The position numbers and the translations under genes are program-made. A DNA stretch of 64,000 nucleotides from Dictyostelium discoideum (taxonomy: Eukaryota), in contig CM000152.2 in NCBI GenBank assembly GCA_000004695.1, positions 6,048,001 to 6,112,000 of the forward strand. The letters run 5' to 3'. Under the pieces are notes generated by a model that saw only the letters and a program-made list of their open reading frames with translations, had not been told where the DNA came from and did not search any database. This document shows, piece by piece, positions 12,544-28,100 of the stretch (its first letter is position 1; the number at the start of each line of letters is the position of its first letter).

Positions 12544-12989
12544 TTAAATATTATAAAAGAGTAAATTGTTTACCAAATTATAGATTTATAAATATAGCGG
12601 ATTGTATATTTATACTATTTGATGTTTGTAATAGAGAATCATTTGATAATGTTGGACATTATTATAATGAAATTTTAAAATATTCAAGTGAAAATTTATT
12701 AATTACATTAATTGGTTGTAAAGCTGATTTATTAAATAGAGAAGTTGACCAAAATGAAGCATTAGAATTTTCCAAAAAACATAATATACCCTATTTTGAA
12801 GTTAATAATTTTTCACCTTCAGAAATTGAAAAGAATGTTTATCAACAAATCTCACAAACTATTCTACCAGAACTTGTAAATATTAATTCAACTACTCAAC
12901 CTATAACTGAAAATCAACATCCCCCAACTAAACCCCACTCTCCTCCAATTAAAAATAGTTTTTTCAAATTTTGGATAAAAAACAAATAA
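12135..12989 (+). CDS. Rab-like small GTPase paralog D. It is the most intact copy, about 210 aa, and lacks switch-II DTAGQ. Exons: 12135-12148, 12271-12442, 12543-12989.
   Basis: Canonical splice sites (GTAAGA, ..atAG; GTATGT, ..aaAG) give a continuous frame: MCDYDFIFEFLVIGDCNVGKSSFVYQYCENFKTK..KNCFLKF | VKYYKRVNCLPNYRFINIADCIFILFDVCNRESFDNV..LIGCKADL..EFSKKHNIPYFEV.. The N-terminus resembles the Rab motif YDYLFKLLLIGDSGVGKS. There is no C-terminal Cys prenylation motif. Confidence 0.65.
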
Positions 12990-13183
12990 TAATAATAAAA
13001 TAAATAAAAAAAAAAAAAAAAAAAAGGATAATAATTATTATTCATTTTTTAAAAATTTGTATATATAACTAAAAAAATTCTCTCTATTTAATTTAATGTA
13101 AAAAAAATAAAAATAAAAATAAATTAGGAACACAATTATTTCTTTTTTTTTTATAATATTTTAAAAAAGCTTTGGAAATTTAT

Positions 13184-13582
13184 TTAGTTTTTCTTGGCTT
13201 TACGGGCAGCAGCTTTTTTGGCAGAACGGAGAGCAGATTGGACTCTGTGTAAACGACCTAAGGCAGCAGCTCTTAATTCTGGAGCATATTGGGTGGCTAA
13301 AGTTTTGACGAATCTAGCAGTCTTTCTGGTGTTGACAGTTGAGAAAGTGGTGGTTTTTTTTGATTGAGCTGGGAAGGCAGCTTTTTTAACAATCTTTGAT
13401 GAGACAACAACTTTACCGTTAACGGCAGCAACGTCGATGGTGGTTCTTCTGGCAAGACCGGAGTATTTTAAGGAGTTTTTGTTTCTTAAATTACCTGGTT
13501 CAGCAGATAAGGTTAAACCGTGTGAGGATTTTAAGAAAGCGTTGTTCTTTTTGATAATGCTCCAAACGAGATCTTGAGACAT
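13184..13582 (-). CDS. rpl28: 60S ribosomal protein L28e.
   Basis: The 132-aa ORF (MSQDLVWSIIKKNNAFLKSSHGLTLSAEPGNLRNKNSLKYSGLARRT..) aligns with eukaryotic RPL28 (human [43 protein letters not shown]..). It is a GC-rich, codon-biased island in an AT-rich region. Confidence 0.85.
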   Translation of the reverse strand: MSQDLVWSIIKKNNAFLKSSHGLTLSAEPGNLRNKNSLKYSGLARRTTIDVAAVNGKVVVSSKIVKKAAFPAQSKKTTTFSTVNTRKTARFVKTLATQYAPELRAAALGRLHRVQSALRSAKKAAARKAKKN

Positions 13583-13893
13583 GATTTATTGTATATCTAA
13601 TTTTTAGTAATAAAAAAAATGAATAATTAATATTGACTTTGTTTTTCCTTTTTAAAAATAAAAAAATAACAATATAAAATGGTGATTTTAAGTAACAATT
13701 TGTTTTTTTGAGGTGTTATTATTTATTTATTTTTTTATTGTAAAAAATAGATAGTGTGGGTGCTATACGTTTGATGTTGATTTTTTTTATATTGAAATTG
13801 GGGTAATAATTTGTATTACTTTTTTAAAAGTTTTTTTTTGACTGTAATTTAATGGAGAAATGATTCGTTTTTTTTTTTTTTTTGTGTGTGATC

Positions 13894-13924
<31 letters not shown>

Positions 13925-14326
13925 AGTTTTTTTTGATTTTTTTTTTTTTTTTTTACGAAAAAAAAAAAAAAATACGATAGTCTCTAGTTGATTTTCTCTA
14001 TAAATAATCCAAAAACTAATTTATAAAAAAAAAAAAAACCTAAACTGTGCATCCTCTATTTTCTTGAATCAATTAAAAATTATTATCACTAAAAAAAAAA
14101 AACCCTACTCCACTACCCCATTTCTTTTTGATTTTTATTATTATTATTATTATTATTATTTTTTTAGTTATTTTTTTTCTTTTGACTTTAACTGTTTGTT
14201 GTACTTATTATTTATTTATTTTTTATTTAATTTTTATTTTATTTTTATTTTTTTTTTTTTTTGACCACCATAATAAATTATATGTATAGAAAGTTATATG
14301 TGCATACCTTTTGTGCTACGGATAGG

Positions 14327-14360
<34 letters not shown>

Positions 14361-14679
14361 TTTTCGAGATTAGCAATCATGCGTATCCTTCTCACAAAAC
14401 TCAAACAATTTTTACATTAAAATTACGTAATTTTTACATTGGAGTGTAAAAAAATTTTTTTATGCACAAAATTTTTGAAATTTTCACATATTATTAATTT
14501 TTTTTTTTTTTTTTTAATTATCTAAACACAATGATATTTTATTTTTAAATCTGCAGAAATAAAACAAAATAAAAAATTAAGATTTTAAAAATGAATAAAA
14601 TAAATACAAAAAAAAAAAAAAAAAATAGAAAAAAAAAAACAATTAAAAAAAATAATAATTTCCATTCATTTACAATTTG

Positions 14680-14716
<37 letters not shown>

Positions 14717-15028
14717 AATAAAAGAATAATAAAAAATAAATATGTAAATAAAAAAAAAAAAAAAAAAAAACAAATATTAATATTCAAAAAAAAGACCATT
14801 ATCATTTTTGTTTTATTATATTTTAATATTTTTTTCCCTTTTCGATTTCTTGGCAAAAAAAAAAAATAAAAAAAAAAATAAAAAAAAATAAAAATAAAAA
14901 AGATATTTTATTAAAAAGTTGGCATCCAAAAGAAATCAGGTTTTTTATTATTATACATAAGATTTAAACTATTTAATTACAATATATTTTGTTTTATTTA
15001 TTTTATTTTTTTTTATTTTTTTTATTAT

Positions 15029-15729
15029 TTATTTTGAATCAGTTTCCATTTCATTTTTTGGTTGTTCAATGTATTTAAATTTTTTCAATGGTAATGATTG
15101 TTGAGTAATATATTTCATATCACCATCCCAATTTAATAAAAATCTAACATAATTTGCATTTGTTAAATCTGGTACAGCTTTAGTTATTAAAAAAAAAAAA
15201 AAAAATTAAATATTAATATTATTATTTTTATTTTTCTTCTTAAATTTATTAGAAATAGAAAAAAAAGAAACTTACAATAACCATTATTTTTAAATTCTTT
15301 AATTTCATCATTATGTTGTGATTTTGTGAATTCTAATTTATTAGTTCTACTGGTAACTTGTTTAATCTCTTCTTCTGGTGTTTTAGTTTTTAAAAATTGA
15401 TCAATAATATCAGAAACTTCAGATTCTGTAAAGATTTTTTTATTTTCTTTTTTAACAATTTCTTGAAAATGATCTAATAATTGTTCTATATAATTAAATA
15501 GTGTGTATTAATAATTTAATATATGAAATGGTATGGTATATATATACAAAAAATTATACAACAACAATAACATACTGATTGGTTTTTGTTCTTTTTTTCT
15601 AATATTTGCATTTTTCTCTTTTTTAATATCTCTAATACCCTCTAATGTTAATTTTTTTGCTTTTCTTGATAATGGATGTAAAACTTTAGCAACCTTTTGT
15701 GGTGCCTTCTTTTTATCTTTTTTATTCAT
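15029..15729 (-). CDS. TMA16 homolog (translation machinery-associated protein 16). Three exons: 15729-15576, 15485-15276, 15177-15029.
   Basis: MNKKDKKKAPQKVAKVLHPLSRKAKKLTLEGIRDIKKEKNANIRKKEQ.. matches the human TMA16 N-terminus ([31 protein letters not shown]). The C-terminal AVPDLTNANYVRFLLNWDGDMKYI.. matches [29 protein letters not shown] and GTAAGT donors and phases are consistent. Confidence 0.7.
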
Positions 15730-15747
15730 TTTTTAAATTTGGGTGTG

Positions 15748-15778
<31 letters not shown>

Positions 15779-16155
15779 CGTTCGTTTTTCTTAATTTTTT
15801 TAAAAGTTTTTTTTTTTATTTTTTTTTTTTTTTATTTTAAATTTAATTTTTTTTTTTTTTTTTTTTTATTGGTATCATTTATTTATTTATTTTTTTTTTT
15901 TTTTTAAAAAAACAAATTTAATTTTTAAAATAAAAAATGAAATAATTTTGAATAGATTTTATATTTTTTATTCCCTAATCTAAACTGATCATAAATGTAA
16001 AAATAAATGTGATCATCTTTGATAGAATTTTTTTTCTTTTTCAATTTTTTTTTTTTAATTTCATTTTTTTTTTTTTTTTTTTTTTAATTTAATTTTATTT
16101 TCATTGGATTACCTTTTTTTTTTTTCATCATAAAATAAAAATAGAATTATAAATA

Positions 16156-17672
<1,517 letters not shown>

Positions 17673-17768
17673 ATAAATGGAAAAACAAAAAAAAAAAAAC
17701 AAAAAAAACAGAAAAATTAAAATGATTTTGGATTATTTTTAAGAATAGGAAAAAATTAATGGTTGTGG

Positions 17769-18017
17769 TTATTTATCTTTTTTATTTGTAATTTCTAATA
17801 CAATACAGAAAATTGAAATGGTTATGGACACTCTGCGAATCCACAAAGAAAAGTTAGACAATGATTGTTGTTGTTCTTGTTGTTCTTGTTGTTGCTGTTC
17901 AACAATCTGAGTATTCTCTGTTGTGGTTGAATTACAATTAACATCTTGAATTGGTTGTTGTGGTTGTTGTTGTTGTTTTTGTTTTTGTTTTTGTTTTTGT
18001 TTTTGTTTTTGCTGTGG

Positions 18018-18058
<41 letters not shown>

Positions 18059-18293
18059 CAATTAGAGTATATTCTCCAGTGGTTGGAAGAAAATCAACAT
18101 CATCATATATTATTTGTTCACCATCGATCATTGTTTCTAAGTAACCATATTCAATTTTAAAATAATTTAATACTGATTGGATTGAACAGACATCGCTAAA
18201 AAAGGTAGTCTTACCATTAAAGGAAATAGTAAAGCAATTAACTGGAGATTGATAATTTCTATCAATCAAATCGATTTCTGATGTTTGAATCAT
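17769..18293 (-). CDS. Hypothetical protein with a polyQ/(QK)n tract.
   Basis: ATG-initiated 174-aa ORF. The N-terminal 80 aa are non-repetitive (MIQTSEIDLIDRNYQSPVNCFTISFNGKTTFFSDVCSIQSVLNYFKIEYGYLETMIDGEQ..). I recognise no domain. Confidence 0.4.
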
Positions 18294-19798
18294 TATATCT
18301 CTCTCTCTCTTTTTGCTTGTTTGTTTTTTTTATTTTATTTTATTTTTATAACTATATTTATTTTTTCTTTTTAACAGTTTTTTTAATTTTATTTTATTTT
18401 TTTTATTTTTAATTTCTTTTTTTTTTTTCTTTTAACTTGAAATATTTCAAAATCTTAAAATTTTGAAGAGTGTATATTTAATTTCATGTTGCATAATTTT
18501 TATTTGTCATTGCAAAAAATATTTCCTAGAAATAAAAATGAAATTAAAAAACCAAATTTATATTTTTTATAATATAAAGATATACCATCAAATAGGAAAA
18601 AATAATAATAATTATAATTAATACATTAACCTTAATTTATTTTTTTAAAAACTAAAATATTTTCTAAATTAATAATTTAAAAAAAAAAAAAAAAAAAATT
18701 ATTTTTTAGGAAAAAAAAAAAAAAAAAAGAATTAATTAATCAACACAACAACTATCAACTATTCCAATAAAAAAATCCTTTATCACTTTCTTAACTAGTT
18801 TCAAATTCTCTGTTGGTGGTAGTGAACTAATTTCCAAGATTTTGATTAAATATTCTTTACCAATTGAACCAATGATTTAATGATTTTGAAATACCATGGA
18901 TTAATAGAAGGAACAATTTTAAAATTTTTTTGGTGTATGTATAAATTTAAATTTAAAAAAAAAAAAAATTAAATTTATTTATATTAAAAACTTTAATTTT
19001 ATTATTTTACTTTGTAATTTCCTAAAACAATTTTTTATTTTAATAATATTTTTTTAATAATTTTTAACCATGTATTAATTTTCAATTATAAATAAAAAAA
19101 CTAAAGAAAAAAAAAAAAAACAAAAAAAATAATAATAACATTAATAAAAATAAAATTAAAACATTTTGGTTATAAATAGACCAGGTGTTGTTTAAATATA
19201 ACATTCTTTTTTTATTTTTTTATTTTTGGTTGAATTTATGATTATCAAAAAAAAAATATGTTTTCATATGAAAATTAAAACAACACTAAAATAAGTCTAA
19301 AAAAAAATCTAAATGTTTTGGTTCTAATTAAAATTTTAAAAAAAACTTTTGATTCTTTTTATTCCCCAACAATAATTAAAAAATAAAAAAAATATCTTTT
19401 TTTTTAAAATTTTTTTTAAAAATTTTTTTTTTTTATTTTTTTAAAATTTTTTTTTTTTTTAGTTGCAACGAAATTTATTGTTTAAGAAAAAAAAAAAAAA
19501 AAAAAAAAAACCCTATATATAAAAATAAAAATAAAAATAAATAAAAATAAAAAAAAATAAATAAAAAATAAACAAAAAACCATATATAACCTTGGAAAAT
19601 AAAAATAATAAAAAAAAGTGTAAAATTTAAAAGAGTCGAGAAAAAAAAATAAAAAAAAATAAAATTAAAATAAAAACAGAAAAAAATCACAAAAAAAAAA
19701 AAAAAAAAATAATATAAAAAGTCATAAAATAAAAAAAAAAAAAATAAAATAAAAAAATAAAATAAAATAAAATAAAATAAAAACAACATATAAATAAA

Positions 19799-23194
<3,396 letters not shown>

Positions 23195-23539
23195 TATAAA
23201 TAAAAAAAAAATAAAATAATTAATTCAATTCATTTAAAATAATGAATAAAATTACATTAATTTAAAACAAATTTCCAATAAAAATTTAATCTTGTTTTGT
23301 TGTTTAATTGGATAAAATGGATAAAAAAAAAAACCATATAAAAAAAACAGCCTTTATTTGAGCCCTGGTATTTCTGATTTAAATCCCATTATATAAAATG
23401 AGAACATGTAAGACTCATATTATTTTATTAATTTATTTAATTATATTTATTTTATTATATTTATTTAATTAATTTAATTTTATTTTATAACTTTAATTTA
23501 ATATATTTTATTTGAGATAATGAAATTCAAATCCAAAAA

Positions 23540-23625
23540 AATCTTGGATAATGCAATTGTTAGTTACTTCTCCTTGAGATTCTTGTTCTCATTTTATTAT
23601 ATAGTTTTAAATTACACGGCCTTTA
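23540..23625 (-). mobile_element. TRE5 C-module-like remnant (solo 3'-end fragment).
   Basis: tcttggataatgcaattgttagttacttctccttgagattcttgttctcattttatt closely matches the C-module of the full-length element at 24690-24760 (ttggataacgcaattattatttgcttctccttgagatgctagatctcattttatt). Confidence 0.4.
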
Positions 23626-24151
23626 TAAGTGTAACAGAAGTGGTATAGTTTAAAATGATTTGTATTATATTATTTAAAGAATTTCTTATGTTTAATTTAT
23701 TTTATTAATTAATTTAAATGAATTTTATATTTAGAATTTATATTTATTTATTTAATATTATTTATTTTATATTATTTGTATCTATTATATTAAGTGAGTT
23801 CTAACTACTGAAAATAATAATATTTAATTTTCATTTTATACTATCTAAAATGTGTTTGACAGATAATATTAAAAGATTTTAATATAATATGATATTATTG
23901 AATGTATATAGAAAACTAATTAGGAATTAAATGACACAATTTTAGAAATGAATAATGAAAAAAGAAGTTTTATTATTGTAACGAAGAAACACTGCTTTCG
24001 TTAAATAAGGGGTAAGTGGGTTTTTTTATATTTTTTTTAATTCAATATAATCTTTTTTTTTTTTTAATAACATCAATCAATTTTATTTTATTTTATTTTT
24101 TTTAATTCAATATAATCTTTATTATCAATTTTTGAATAAAAAAATATAAAA

Positions 24152-24224
24152 GCTCGATTAGCTCAGTCGGCAGAGCGTGGTGCTAATAACGCCACGGTCG
24201 CAGGTTCGATCCCTGCATCGAGCA
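24152..24224 (+). tRNA. tRNA-Ile (anticodon AAU).
   Basis: Cloverleaf: acceptor GCTCGAT/ATCGAGC, D arm GCTC..GAGC, anticodon stem TGGTG/CGCCA with loop CTAATAA, T arm GCAGG-TTCGATC-CCTGC, discriminator A. Confidence 0.9.
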
Positions 24225-24254
24225 TAATTTTATTAGAGAATATAAATGGTCAAG

Positions 24255-24265
24255 GGTTCGAACCC
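24255..24265 (+). promoter_or_regulatory. External B box (ex-B box) downstream of tRNA-Ile.
   Basis: GGTTCGAACCC, 31 bp after the tRNA 3' end, matches the pol III B-box consensus GGTTCGANNCC. Dictyostelium tRNA genes typically carry such a downstream ex-B. Confidence 0.5.
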
Positions 24266-24424
24266 TTAGTTTATAATTCCACTATTTTAGTCATAATATA
24301 TAAAGCACAATGAATATTATATGAATATTCTTTTTATTACAATTATGAATATTATGATTATAAAAAACTTATTTAACAATGATATTCATTACAATTGTAG
24401 ATAAAAAACAATCAAAAAACCGAC

Positions 24425-24545
24425 ATGGATCAAGCATTTTTGGAGGTGCACTAAAACATTAAAAACATCACAGACTTTGGTTCGAGTTTTGGTCTATGAC
24501 AACAATTAATGTTGACCAAAATGGCTCACCTCCAAAAATTCAAGC
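24425..24545. repeat. About 120-bp palindromic element with a B-box-like core.
   Basis: Left arm caagcatttttggaggtgcac and right arm ggctcacctccaaaaattcaagc are near-perfect reverse complements. The centre contains ttggttcgagttttggtc. Confidence 0.3.
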
Positions 24546-24642
24546 AATAGGATAGAAATTCTAACCAAAAAATTAAAAAAAAACCAAATCAAATCAAATT
24601 AAAGAGTTTCTTGTGGAATCTAAGGTTTACATTTTTTTAATA

Positions 24643-24655
24643 TTTTGAAAAAAAG
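24643..24655. repeat. Target-site duplication (left copy) of the TRE5-A insertion: TTTTGAAAAAAAG.
   Basis: Identical 13-mer at 30733-30745, immediately outside the other element end. Confidence 0.7.
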
Positions 24656-25102
24656 TTTTTTTTTTTTTTTTTTTTTTTTTTGAATTGGATAACGCAATTA
24701 TTATTTGCTTCTCCTTGAGATGCTAGATCTCATTTTATTTTATTTTTTTTTTTTTTTTACAGGGTCTCTAAAAGAGGGGTTAGTTTACTTTTTTTTTTTT
24801 TTTTTTTTTGTTTCGAATTTTGAATTGTATTATTACTTTTGATTAAAACATCTTTTTTGTCCAAACTTTTTTCTAAATCTTTTTTTATTTTATCGTCTGG
24901 TTCGTGATTGATGTTTATGACGTATTTGAATTGTTTTTTTTTTAATTGAGTTTTATCCACAATTTCGCTTATTTTTTGTAGGCATTTGTGTTGCTTAATA
25001 TTTGTGGTGTTGTTTGTGATTTTCATTTTATTTTCTTTCTATTTTTTATATTTTTCTTTAAAAAGTTAAAAATCTGGAAATTTTCTGATTATCTTGGGTT
25101 CA

Positions 25103-25163
<61 letters not shown>

Positions 25164-28100
25164 TTATTTATAGAAAGTACTGAGTGAATTATTGTATTTT
25201 TTGAGATGTTTAGGAAGTTCTATTGCGTGAAGAGGTGAGTTCCATTGTCTGCTAAATTGTAATAGCTTTAGCGAGATTAGTGAGTCTAATTTATTTTGTT
25301 CTTCTGGCCGTTGCTTTGATTTGATTCTTAATGTTTTGTTTATAACCGCTTGTGTCCTGTCCCATGCAGCTCTTTGTGTTTTAATTAGTTCACGTATGAC
25401 TTGTTGTCTGTGAATTATTATTTCTTTTTCATCGTGAATGAGTTTATTTCTTTTGTGCCAGATTTTATCGAATATAATAGCTATTAAATTGGCTACTAGT
25501 GCAATTTGTAGATGGTTTAAAATCTTCACATTCCAGGTGTGAGTGGTGTGTCCACACTTAGTTAGGGTGTAGTTGAAGATTTCTTGTGTGTTTTTGATGT
25601 GGGCTTTGCAGTTGAAGAATATATGTTCTGAGGTCTCATCTTCCCCACACTGTTGGCATGGCATGTTGTATATTTTTGGTAGTGCTTTCAGTGTGTATCT
25701 CCATAATAGATCTCTACCTTTCATGTTTATTATTTTTTTGATTTCTTTAAATGGAAGGTGTTTGCTATTAATTTTGGTCATTATTTCTTTTTGGCCAGGA
25801 GTTGGTATGAATTTGTTGTGTTCAGGAGATTGAGTTGTCATCATATCTTCGTATATTTTTTTTAATTTTGGGAGGTGTTCGTAGTGTGTTTGTTTATTTT
25901 GTGGAGTTTTTAATTGGGTCCATGCTTGCTTGCATTGCCAGTGTAGTTGTAGTTGATTTTGTTTTGTTGTTGTTTTGTTGTTGTTGTTGTTTTTGAGTTC
26001 CTCTTCCCACAGTTTTATATATGAACTAGGAGTGTTACTTACTCTTTGGTGGAGGTATCTTTCGAATAACCATGCTTTCTGTGCTAGTTCTCTTGTCTTC
26101 AGGTTCCATAAGTTTAGGCCACCATTGATATAGTTGTTTTGTCTTCTTTGTAGTGAAAGAGAGTTTTTAGATTTTGTGTTGAAAACGAATTTTACGATGT
26201 TATTTTCAATACTATTGTGTTGTGGTGTGGTGTTGATGTAAGTGTGGAACGTTAACTGAGATAGTGCATATGTTTTTGCCATTATGAGTCTGCCCATATA
26301 GGTTGATGAAGTTGAGTTCCATGTTACTAGTTTAGCTCTGATGTTGTCTGAGATTGTATTGATTTTGGATTTGATACCCTTATTGTTGAAGTCAAAGCCG
26401 AGGTACCTTTCGTTTGATTTTATGACGGTGTATAGCGTTCTGGTGTTCCATTTGAAAGTGATACACGAGCATTTGGTTTGGTTTATTTTTGCGCTGGTTG
26501 CTTGGCAAAACTTCTTGATCCATTCATTCATGAGGAAATGGTCCATAAAGTTGTATGCTATTGTTGCTGTATCATCGGCGAACTGTAGTATTTTAATGGT
26601 TTCTTTGGTTACACCATTGATGCAGCGGTCATTTATTATAGTAGTTGCCATGCATTCACCCACTAATGCGAAGATAGTGGGAGAGATAGGATCACCTTGT
26701 TTGGTTCCTCTTTTTGATGTAAAGCTTTTAGATAATGAGTTATTGATGTACACTGATGTTTCTGATTCATTGAGTAAGTTCATTATTGTGAGGACCATTT
26801 TGAGTGGTAGTTTTAGATGTGCAAGAGTACGTAGAATGGCGTTATGTGAGAATAAATCGAATGCTTTTTCAAAATCATAAAATGTTATGATTGGTTCCAT
26901 ATCCTCTTTTGTGTTAATCTCTCGTTTTATTATTTCTATTGTTGAGTTTAAGGTGATGATGTTATCGTGCAGTAGTCTTCTTGGTACGAATCCAGTTTGG
27001 AATGGTGAGATTATTTTGTTTAAGAACTTCAGGATCCTATTGTTGATTATTTTCGAATAGATTTTGTAATCGACATTTAGAAGTGTTATTGGTCTATAAT
27101 TATCCAGGTTGTTTGGGTCTCCTTTGTTTTTATATATAGTAATCAATATCCCTTGTTTGAAGTCCTTTGGGATTGTTGTGTTCCAGAAGTGATTGTATAG
27201 TTTTGATATTATTGGTAGAATTTCATTAATGTGGTTTTTGTAAAATGTTGGAAGGAGTCCATCTTTACCAGGTGCTTTTCCTTCTTGTATTTTTTCAATG
27301 CCTAGTCTGATTTCATATCCTTCTATTGGTTGATTAATTTCGTCCAATATCTTTTGATCAATCCTTTTATTGAATGTTTTTAGGAGTTCGTGGTGAGTGT
27401 CTTCGTTGCATTCTCTCTTCTGGTACAGGTTCTCGTAATATCTTCTTGCTACTTCGAGGATATCCTCGTGTTTTGTTACCAAACAATTGTTGCTTGGATC
27501 TAGAATTTGAGGGATTTCATTTGTCTTTCTTTGGACTTTTAACCTTCTGGTTAAGTATTTTGATGGTGTTTCTTTGTTGTTGATGTGGGTGTTGGTTTGG
27601 TTTGCTTGTTTTATTCTTACTTGTTCCTTTAGAATATTGTTGATCTCTTCTTTAAGGAAGATTGCTCTTGAATCTTTGGCTGTTTCGAGTTTTTCTGCGA
27701 GTTCTTTTAGTTTGTTTTTGGTTTTATTGCTTTCTCTAATTTCTATATTAATTGACAGTTTCTTTATTTCATCTTTTAGTTTCAACCATTGTTCGCAAAT
27801 GTTTAATTTGTACCATTTGCTGGTGTTCTCTTCGAATTTTTTATTGTAGTATTTAATTGTTTTATTAATTTTGAGGCTGGTTGAATTCATTTTGAGAGTT
27901 TCTAGGTTTTGTCTCCATAGTCTTTCTCCTTTCTTTTGTTGCTCGTATTCTGGTATTTTTAATTCAATGATTACCATGTTGTGATCAGATTTTAATTTGA
28001 TTTCCTTAGTAGTAACTATTGGGTTTAGATGGAGTATCTTCTTTGAGACAAAGACCCTATCGATGGTTGATTTGTTTCTTGGAAATGTGATTCCATTCTT

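Noticed and set aside
17822-18160. PolyN and polyV ORFs overlapping the minus gene at 17769-18293.
   Set aside because: They are alternative-frame readings of the (CAA)/(CAAAAA) repeat block.
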